NCBI GenBank assembly: GCA_028697935.1
Contig: JAQVEM010000001.1
Location: forward strand, 2,475 to 42,417
DNA length: 39,943 nt
Direction: 5' to 3'
Source of the DNA: Actinomycetota bacterium
GTDB lineage: Bacteria > Actinomycetota > Humimicrobiia > Humimicrobiales > Humimicrobiaceae
Part shown: in pieces, positions 18,751 through 26,128 of the stretch
Numbering within the stretch: the stretch's first letter is position 1
Layout of the letters: each line of letters begins with the position of its first letter
Made by a program: the position numbers and the translations under genes
Notes under the pieces: generated by a model
The model's database searches: none
What the model was told of the DNA's origin: nothing
The model's input: only the letters and a program-made list of their open reading frames with translations

Positions 18751-18770
18751 AATTGTGCAAATTGGTGGAC
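18751..18770 (+). repeat. Inverted partner of the 18304-18321 motif (aattgtgcaaattggtggac)
   Basis: Its reverse complement gtccaccaatttgcacaa matches gtccaccaatttacacaa (18304-18321) at 17 of 18 positions. It lies between the GxxExxY start and the stop of the upstream gene. Confidence 0.85.
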
Positions 18771-19747
18771 TATAAATTATATATTCCCGGTTTATATTTG
18801 GCTAAGTTTCGTGGATCGCTGAACCACTCTACTGTTTTTTCAAGACCTTCTCTTAAAGGATATTGAGGTTCATAACCAGTTAGTTCTTTTATTTTGGTGT
18901 TATCACATCTTAATCTGAAGACTTCAGAATGTTCGGGTCTTAACCTTTGTTCTTCAACTATAAGATTTGCATCACTGTGCATTATATCTTTAATCAATGC
19001 AAATAATTCTTTTATAGAAATCTCATCATTTGAACCGATATTTACGGTTTCACCAATTGCTTTATCGCATTTAGCTAATAAAATAAAGCCATTACAAATA
19101 TCTTTCACATAATTGAAATCACGAGTTGGAGTAGTATCACCAATCTTAATTTCTTTATTTCCACTAGCAATTTGAGTGATAATTGTCGGAATCACCGCCC
19201 TGGCAGATTGACGAGGACCATAAGTATTAAATGGACGAACTATAGTAACAGGAAGTTGATAAGCATAATAAAAGCTCGTAGCAATCGCATCAGCACCAAT
19301 TTTACTGGCACTATATGGTGATTGAGGTTGCAATGGATGTTTTTCATCTATGGGAACATATTGTGCGGTACCATAAACTTCGCTGGTAGAAGTTACTAAT
19401 ATTCTTTTGACCTTACAATCTTTAGCTGCTTGACAAATATTCAAAGTGCCTTTGATATTAGTATCTATAAAGCTTTGTGGAGCAATATATGAATAGGGAA
19501 TAGCAATCAATGCAGCTAAGTGGAATATAACATCTATCCCCTTACAAATTTCTCTACAATATGCTGGATCTCTTACATCTCCACAAACAATCTCTAAATT
19601 AGAAGTTTGTTGAATATCTTCCAGCCATCCCCAGTAATTAAAAGAATTATATTGAGCTAAAGCTCTAACATCATATCCTTCCGCTAATAAAGATTCTGTT
19701 AGATGTGACCCAATAAATCCATCAGCTCCCGTAACTAAAACTTTCAT
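18770..19747 (-). CDS. NAD-dependent sugar-nucleotide dehydratase/epimerase (extended SDR, LegB-like 4,6-dehydratase type)
   Basis: Rossmann motif [12 protein letters not shown], then [11 protein letters not shown], and a catalytic YSASK. I use the ATG at 19747, which is preceded by AAGGAAG. The tracked GTG extension (VDRRKED) reads into the repeat motif. Confidence 0.75.
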   Translation of the reverse strand: MKVLVTGADGFIGSHLTESLLAEGYDVRALAQYNSFNYWGWLEDIQQTSNLEIVCGDVRDPAYCREICKGIDVIFHLAALIAIPYSYIAPQSFIDTNIKGTLNICQAAKDCKVKRILVTSTSEVYGTAQYVPIDEKHPLQPQSPYSASKIGADAIATSFYYAYQLPVTIVRPFNTYGPRQSARAVIPTIITQIASGNKEIKIGDTTPTRDFNYVKDICNGFILLAKCDKAIGETVNIGSNDEISIKELFALIKDIMHSDANLIVEEQRLRPEHSEVFRLRCDNTKIKELTGYEPQYPLREGLEKTVEWFSDPRNLAKYKPGIYNL

Positions 19748-19762
19748 ATCTTCCTTTCTTCT

Positions 19763-20073
19763 GTCCACGAATTTTCACAAATTAGCACGAATTATTATAA
19801 TTATCTAAATTTATTATAATCCAATTTTGCTATTTAATTAATTCAACTTTGCCAAATCTCTCAAAACCCTTATTCCCCTTGACTTACATTGAGGACAGGT
19901 AACGACGAGTATGTCGTTTATTCTGGAAAGTATCCATCCGCTCTCTGTCCTTACCCTCTCAACATTCTCAATACATGTAAAGCTTCAGCACGCTCCGACT
20001 ACACAAATTTTTCAATCCTCTAATCCCCTTTCAACCTTCTCTATTTCGTGTTAATTTGTGCAAATTCGTGGAC
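19763..20073. repeat. 311-bp non-coding element bounded by ~31-bp terminal inverted repeats of the CACGAATT dialect (MITE-like)
   Basis: The left end is GTCCACGAATTTTCACAAATTAGCACGAATT (19763-19793). The reverse complement of the right end (20041-20073) is GTCCACGAATTTGCACAAATTAACACGAAATAG, with about 28 of 31 identical. The 247-bp core has no ORF and contains a GC-richer hairpin segment. Confidence 0.7.
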
Positions 20074-20226
20074 TAAGTTAGAGGTTTGTTGAATATCTTC
20101 CAGCCATCCCCAATAATTAAAAGAATTATATTGAGCTAAAGCCCTAACATCATATCCTTCTGCTAATAAAGATTCTGTTAGATGAGACCCAATAAAACCA
20201 TCAGCACCCGTAACTAAAACTTTCAT
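20074..20226 (-). pseudogene. Duplicated 5' fragment (codons 1-51) of the SDR gene 18770..19747
   Basis: 153 bp align with 19595-19747 with 8 mismatches by my count, and the encoded 51 aa are identical. The reading frame then runs into the repeat (tail [10 protein letters not shown], tracked ORF 20041..20226). Confidence 0.9.
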
Positions 20227-20336
20227 TTATTCAATCCTTTATATTATTCCATAAAAAAAATAGTGGTTAATTTATAAAGTATTTATTAAGTTTTTTTGTA
20301 TCAATTAATAAATCTTTTACTGTTCATAATGTAAGC

Positions 20337-21152
20337 CTATTTGGTATTATTAAACATAGTTTTAATTTGTTTTTGGATATCCGCTTTCAACTGCAATCTA
20401 TTTTGTTCCAGCTCATATTCCCCTGCATCTATTAAACTTTCTAAATAACTATTTATTTTATTAATTTCTTCTTTCATATCAATTTCTTTAATTACTTCTT
20501 CATATGTATCTTTATATTTTCTAAAATCCCTATTTATTATTACCATTTTGGAACCAAGTCTAAAATGTTCAGATAAAATTAATTTCCCTTTTTCTAACCT
20601 TGAGACACCACCAAAACCATATTTTATCTTTTTATGGGCAATTTTTTGGCACAAATATTCAATAATACTACCTATTAATGGTTCATATAAAAAATCCAAT
20701 CCCATCCCTATAGATAAATCGTTTAATCCAATATGAACAGCATCAATTCCATCTACATCAAGAATATCATCTACCCTTACTAGTGCTTGTGGAGTTTCAA
20801 GCAATAGGTATTTCATTGCTCTTTCACCAACAAGCTCAACAAAAATCTCCACTTCCTTCACTGTTTTAAACATAGGTAACATTATAATGTCAGCTTTTCT
20901 AGCAATTGATTCTTCTATTTCATTTTCTGTGCCTTCATAAATCGGATTAATTCTGACTAAACATTTTGATTTAGTAAGACATTTTTTTATTTTATCAATA
21001 TCTTCAATACTATGAGCAGAAATAACAGTATTTAACCCATTTTGTCTTTCTTTTTTTCCAATAATTTCAAGATCGACCATAATATCATCTATGCCACAAT
21101 ATTCAAAATATTGTGCTAATTTCACCTCGTTTGTTATAGATATATATTCCAT
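20337..21152 (-). CDS. HpcH/HpaI aldolase / citrate-lyase-beta-like family protein
   Basis: 271-aa ORF with LLLETPQALVRVDDILDVDGIDAVHIGLNDLSIGMGL, resembling the conserved E...D-x-(I/V)-x-IG-x-(N/D)-DL block of this TIM-barrel family. Confidence 0.6.
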   Translation of the reverse strand: MEYISITNEVKLAQYFEYCGIDDIMVDLEIIGKKERQNGLNTVISAHSIEDIDKIKKCLTKSKCLVRINPIYEGTENEIEESIARKADIIMLPMFKTVKEVEIFVELVGERAMKYLLLETPQALVRVDDILDVDGIDAVHIGLNDLSIGMGLDFLYEPLIGSIIEYLCQKIAHKKIKYGFGGVSRLEKGKLILSEHFRLGSKMVIINRDFRKYKDTYEEVIKEIDMKEEINKINSYLESLIDAGEYELEQNRLQLKADIQKQIKTMFNNTK

Positions 21153-21164
21153 ATTTAATTACCT

Positions 21165-22088
21165 CTATATTTTTATTAACCAATCATTATATTTAGGTTT
21201 TATTCCTCTAACTATTTCAAAATACAACTCTTTCAATGCTTTGGTAATACTCCCAACTTCGCCATTATTAACTAGATATTGATCTACACTTAATATGGGA
21301 AGAATTTCCACTGAAGTTCCAACAAAAAATATTTCGTCTGCAATATATAATTCAGTTCTATCAATCTCTCTTTCTTCTACTTCAATATCAAGCTCATATT
21401 TAGCAATTTTAATTAATGTATCCCTTGTAATACTTTCTAAGATAGAAGCTGTGATAGGTGGTGTAATTAATTTATGATTTCTTAGACAGAATAAACAGGC
21501 ACCTGGTCCTTCGGCAACTTTTCCATCTCTATTCAGAAAGATAGAAGAATCATAACCGTTCATTGTTGCTTCCAATAAGGCAAATCTACTATTTATATAA
21601 TTAGCTCCTGCCTTAATCCTGGGTGGAATATCAAATTCGCTAATTCTTTCCCAAGAAGAAATGCAACAGTTTATACCAGTTTTGTCTGAATATACTCTTC
21701 CTTTGGGATAAGGATATATTACAATTCCTATAGGGCTTAAAGAGCTCCAACTACCTTCTTCATCCAAAAACATACATATTTTCACATATAAATCTTCATT
21801 ATATTTATTTGCTTTAATAACATTTCTTAAATTATATATTATATATTCTTTACTAATCTTGTTGTCAATTTGAAATTTTATTAATTTTGATGATTGGAAC
21901 AATCTATTTATATGATCATTTAACCTGAAAGCATATAAGGAATTTTCCTCTTCATTATTATAACATCTAATTCCTTCAAAAACATTTATTCCATATTGCG
22001 CACTGGTATTCATAATATTAATTTTAGCTTCCTTATAAGGAATTATATCTCCTTTAAACCAAATTAACCTATTATTTGTGTTATTCAT
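21165..22088 (-). CDS. Class IV (branched-chain / D-amino-acid type) PLP aminotransferase
   Basis: 307-aa ORF. The N-terminus FKGDIIPYKEAKINIMNTSAQYGINVFEGIRCY and later GKVAEGPGACLFCLRNHKLITPP are typical of fold-type IV aminotransferases. Confidence 0.7.
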   Translation of the reverse strand: MNNTNNRLIWFKGDIIPYKEAKINIMNTSAQYGINVFEGIRCYNNEEENSLYAFRLNDHINRLFQSSKLIKFQIDNKISKEYIIYNLRNVIKANKYNEDLYVKICMFLDEEGSWSSLSPIGIVIYPYPKGRVYSDKTGINCCISSWERISEFDIPPRIKAGANYINSRFALLEATMNGYDSSIFLNRDGKVAEGPGACLFCLRNHKLITPPITASILESITRDTLIKIAKYELDIEVEEREIDRTELYIADEIFFVGTSVEILPILSVDQYLVNNGEVGSITKALKELYFEIVRGIKPKYNDWLIKI

Positions 22089-22102
22089 ATTTATACTCCT
22101 AT

Positions 22103-23338
22103 TTATTCAAAATTATAGGTTTGGAAAATGTATTCAAATGTTTCAGCCTCTTTCAAAATATCAAATCCATCATTTCTTAAAGCAATGATGGGAACATTAG
22201 GAAAAATAAAAGGTGGTTTAAACACAATAGAATAGGACCCCACATTGTCAAAAACAAGATAATCACCTATACAAAGCTCTCCAGAATAATTTTTATAAAG
22301 ATAATCATCTTCTATGCAAGTATATCCCGATATGTCAATAGCATCATAATAATTTCTTTTTGTTTTATTTGTATCTATACTATATACAGATAGAGGCAAA
22401 TTTAGTTTAGTTGTTAACCGATGATAATTAATCTTTGATCCAGAGGTAATTGCAATATGTTTATCTTTAATAGTTTTAATCTCAATTACTTTACATACAT
22501 ATTGCATCGTGTTGGCTACTAAAGCTGTGCCTGGTTCTAATATTAATATTGGTTTATAATAACTTTGTGAAAAGTTATCCTGAAATTTTGTTGCTATTAT
22601 ATTGGCATAATCTTGATAATCAGCAACAGTATAGCCAAGTTGTTGTTTTATTTTGTCGTCTAATTTACCGCCTAATCCACCTCCTAAATCTATATAAAAT
22701 GGCTCATTATAATCAACAACCCTTTCATATATATCAAGCATTCTATTAACTTTTTCTTCATATACTTTTAAATCTCTATAAGGGAAATGACAATGTATCA
22801 TATTAAATCTGATATTTTTTATATTTTTTAACTCTTCTACTATTTGGAAAAATGACTCTTTGCTAGTATCAAATCCAAATCTGGAAAGTGGTGTATCATT
22901 TAACTCAAAATTACACCTCACTCCTAAATTAAAAACTTTACCCGGATATTTACTCGCAATCTTTTTTAGTAGAATAAATTCTGAATAATTATCTAAATTA
23001 ACTATACTCCCTTTAGTTAAATACTTTTCTAAAGATTTCTCTGGTTTATAAGGTCCATTTACAATGATATTTTCAGGATTAACTCCTACTTTAATAGCCA
23101 AATCATATTCCATTTCTGACACAACCTCTGCATATCCTCCCTCGTTATTAATTATCTTACATAATGCTGGAATATAATTAGTTTTATATGAATATGCGAT
23201 TTTTATCTTAGGGTAAATCAAAGTAAAAGCATCATAAAATTCATAAAAATTTGTTCTAAATTTTTCTATATCTATAATGTACCAGGAATCCCCTATTAAT
23301 TTTTCAATTTTATTTAATAAATTATAGTTTAATTTCAT
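22103..23338 (-). CDS. PLP-dependent decarboxylase, Orn/DAP/Arg decarboxylase family (fold type III)
   Basis: 411-aa ORF with the PLP-lysine block IAYSYKTNY, the glycine loop DLGGGLGG, EPGTALVA, and C-terminal CIEDD. Confidence 0.75.
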   Translation of the reverse strand: MKLNYNLLNKIEKLIGDSWYIIDIEKFRTNFYEFYDAFTLIYPKIKIAYSYKTNYIPALCKIINNEGGYAEVVSEMEYDLAIKVGVNPENIIVNGPYKPEKSLEKYLTKGSIVNLDNYSEFILLKKIASKYPGKVFNLGVRCNFELNDTPLSRFGFDTSKESFFQIVEELKNIKNIRFNMIHCHFPYRDLKVYEEKVNRMLDIYERVVDYNEPFYIDLGGGLGGKLDDKIKQQLGYTVADYQDYANIIATKFQDNFSQSYYKPILILEPGTALVANTMQYVCKVIEIKTIKDKHIAITSGSKINYHRLTTKLNLPLSVYSIDTNKTKRNYYDAIDISGYTCIEDDYLYKNYSGELCIGDYLVFDNVGSYSIVFKPPFIFPNVPIIALRNDGFDILKEAETFEYIFQTYNFE

Positions 23339-23405
23339 ATATTATTTTTACTTCTATTATTAGGCTGATTAAAAGAGCAGTATTTTATAATTATTATTGT
23401 GTAAA

Positions 23406-23489
23406 AGATGTGACCCAATAAATCCATCGGCTCCCGTGACTAAAACTTTCATATCTTCGTTTCTTCTGTCCACGAATTTTCACAAATTT
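23406..23489 (-). pseudogene. Third copy of the SDR gene 5' end (about 15 codons plus 37 bp of upstream leader including the GTCCACGAATTTTCACAAATT motif)
   Basis: About 81 bp match 19703-19783 with 3 mismatches. Two are synonymous, and one is in the Shine-Dalgarno region (aaggaag to aacgaag). Confidence 0.85.
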
Positions 23490-23501
23490 CCTAATTAAAC
23501 T

Positions 23502-23528
23502 TTCTCAACCTTCTCAACCTTTACAATA
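23502..23528 (+). repeat. Short phased array, TTCTCAACC dialect (period 9)
   Basis: The sequence is ttctcaacc ttctcaacc tttacaata. Related tctcaac/tctcaat pairs lie at 19957-19972, and a tttcaacct lies at 20029-20037. Confidence 0.6.
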
Positions 23529-23565
23529 ACATTCAAATACTATGAACATTTAAATAATCTCTTAA

Positions 23566-25110
23566 TTAAGGTGCTACCGGTGTTGAAGAATGTCGTATTT
23601 GAAGTTTACGAATCCCTTGAATTATATAGCGCTTAATAGATTGACGCTCATAAAGGTCCATACCCAGATAATATATTGAAATAAAAAGAATTATTTCAGA
23701 GACAAGACTGATTAGAATAAAACGTAACCATCCATAAGAAAAGAAATTTTTAATTATAAAAAACGGAACAACGGATAAACTTACAAGTATTATTTTAAAA
23801 GTAGAATTTTTTAAAAATTCCATAACATCATAATTTAATATAGCTTTTAAAAGAATTAGATCTGTTATAAAGGTCAATGTTGCAGTAAGAAGATAAATAT
23901 AGCCAATAATATAAGGAGGATAACCTGCTTTAAATGCAAAATATGCTAAAGGTAGACCTAAAAGAGTAATGCTACTATATGTTATTTTAAATAGAGCTAT
24001 ATTTCCAGAGGCGTGAATGAAGGGACCAATGCCGTATTGACTAGCAAAAATAACAGATTTTAAAAGCATAGCTTGAACAAATATTGTAGTATACTCGGGA
24101 ACTTCTTTTAACCAAATATTAAGGATGAAATCCGTTTCTAAAAGGATGGGAAGCATAGGGATTGCCATTAAAAAGAAAGAATATTTAGATGCTAAAATTA
24201 CTAAATTACTGGCTCGTTTGTGTTCACCAGCGCTATAACTTTTTGTTATCTGGGGAACAACTGCTTGCCCTAAACTCTGAGCAAAAGATCTCACTATAGA
24301 ATTAACTTGATTAGCTATACCGAAACTGGCATTTAATATGGTTCCAAAAAAACGATTAATAATAATAGCTGCACCTTGATGTTCTCCAACTACGGCTGCA
24401 ACTTCAATTGAATTCAAACCTGTAAAACCCAGCATTTCTTTATACTTTTTCCAGTCTTTAGAAAAATTCCATTTAACCTCATTAAAATATGTTCTGAAAC
24501 AATAAATTATGTAAAGTATAAGTCTTAAAGCATGTATTATAGTTAGAAATATTACATATAATCTTAAATGATTATAAGGAAGATAAATTAGAGCTATAGA
24601 TAATAATAAAATCAGTATCTTATTTAATATTTCAATGGGAACGGTTATTGAAAATTTCTCTTTGGCTACCAATAAACCTTGAAATGGGGTCTCAATAATA
24701 ATGCAGATAGTAATGAGTGTGGAAAAAAGGAAAGTAAAGACTGCGTCATTCAATTTGCCTTCAGGAACATTAAGATAATTATAAATATAATATAATCCAA
24801 CGGTTAAGGAGAGAAAAAGAAATATTATACATAAAAGTAAGTGTATGGATAAACTTATATTAAATATATTATTTACATTACCATCAGGTTTCCCTTCTTC
24901 AAAGGCAATAAACCTATAAGTTGTTGTTATCATTATAGTATTTACAAATGCCATTAAAGAAACCACACCACCAACAACATTATATAGCCCATAATCAGAT
25001 ACCCCCAAAGCCATAAGTAAAAATCTGGAGGTAAAAAAACCAGCTACCATTGACACTACAAGACGAATGTAAAGATAAATACTGTTCTTTATTATAAGTT
25101 TATTGGACAT
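23566..25110 (-). CDS. wzx: Oligosaccharide flippase (Wzx-type, MOP superfamily polysaccharide biosynthesis protein)
   Basis: 514-aa ORF with about 12-14 hydrophobic segments. The N-terminus IKNSIYLYIRLVVSMVAGFFTSRFLLMALGVSDYGLYNVVGGVV is typical of Wzx/RfbX-like proteins. Confidence 0.75.
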   Translation of the reverse strand: MSNKLIIKNSIYLYIRLVVSMVAGFFTSRFLLMALGVSDYGLYNVVGGVVSLMAFVNTIMITTTYRFIAFEEGKPDGNVNNIFNISLSIHLLLCIIFLFLSLTVGLYYIYNYLNVPEGKLNDAVFTFLFSTLITICIIIETPFQGLLVAKEKFSITVPIEILNKILILLLSIALIYLPYNHLRLYVIFLTIIHALRLILYIIYCFRTYFNEVKWNFSKDWKKYKEMLGFTGLNSIEVAAVVGEHQGAAIIINRFFGTILNASFGIANQVNSIVRSFAQSLGQAVVPQITKSYSAGEHKRASNLVILASKYSFFLMAIPMLPILLETDFILNIWLKEVPEYTTIFVQAMLLKSVIFASQYGIGPFIHASGNIALFKITYSSITLLGLPLAYFAFKAGYPPYIIGYIYLLTATLTFITDLILLKAILNYDVMEFLKNSTFKIILVSLSVVPFFIIKNFFSYGWLRFILISLVSEIILFISIYYLGMDLYERQSIKRYIIQGIRKLQIRHSSTPVAP

Positions 25111-25126
25111 AAGTTCTTCTTATATA

Positions 25127-26120
25127 CTCTCACAGATTGCACAGATGACACAGATAAGGTCTCTCACAGATTACACAGATAACACAGATAAAAATTTATA
25201 ATAATAGGTTGTAAACATTAGCAGGATTACCTCACGCAGATTACGCTGATTTCGCAGATAAGTTCTCTCACAGATAGCACAGATATAATTTATAATTAAA
25301 AATATGTTCATTTACAATGCATTAATGTTTGTAGCTAAATTTTATAGCTTTTAAATTGATCAATTAGCTCAATTTATCTCACGCAGATTACGCTGATTCC
25401 GCAGATATGGTCTCTCACAGATTACACAGATATCACAGATTATAATTATAATAAGATTGTTAAAACTGTATCAATTAATTAAAATTGCGTCTTATCGGCA
25501 TATATTAACATTCCCCTTGAATTAATTTTTAAAATCAGAATAAGTTCTTAGAGCATTACCATTCTCTATTCTAAAAAACTAATAAGGGCTTTTTTAAATA
25601 ACCGTTAGTATAAACCATGTTTCTATTCCAGATAAAATTATCATATCCATCAATTTCATTATAAGTGTTTTTAAAGTAATTCTGAAGTTAATTCATTATG
25701 ACGGTAAGAAATAGCACAATTTACATTATACATTAATTCTTTTAATTTCACTATAAATCCTTATCTGTGATATCTGTGATATCTGTGTTATCTGTGTTAT
25801 CTGTAACATAATTTTTTATATTTCACGCAGATATCGCAGATAACGCAGATGGATGATTATAAATACATTATAATTTTAACTATATTGAATCTATTAAAAA
25901 ATATCTGAGCCAAATGATTTATTTCAATGACTATAAACTGCGATAAATACTTGAAGTGTTAGATGATTATTAATGTTATAATTATAAATTCTTTAATCTG
26001 CGGAATCAGCGTAATCTGCGTGCAGTAATTCTTCTAATATTAACATCTTATTATTATAAATTTATATCTGTGTTATCTGTGCTATCTGTGAGAGACCTCA
26101 TCTGCGATATCTGCGTGAAA
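25127..26120. repeat. 1-kb ORF-free composite repeat region between wzx start and the next gene's stop
   Basis: Left half, all R orientation: R-t 25127-25155, R-t 25161-25189, M5-like 25190-25229, R-c 25230-25259, R-t 25265-25284, inverted M2 25285-25376, R-c 25377-25406, R-t 25411-25440. A unique 322-bp centre spans 25441-25762. Right half: F-t x5 25763-25805, R-c 25821-25850, inverted M4 25851-25994, F-c 25996-26023, inverted M5 about 26024-26065, F-t 26066-26096, F-c 26100-26120. Confidence 0.9.
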
Positions 26121-26128
26121 CATTAAAC

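Noticed and set aside
25127-26120. Replication origin or plasmid iterons, suggested by clusters of 9-bp-phased motifs such as TTATCTGTG next to AT-rich DNA.
   Set aside because: The motif matches the DnaA box TTATCCACA only in TTATC (5 of 9). Similar clusters occur at five or more separate intergenic sites in 40 kb. No dnaA, dnaN or rep gene is nearby.
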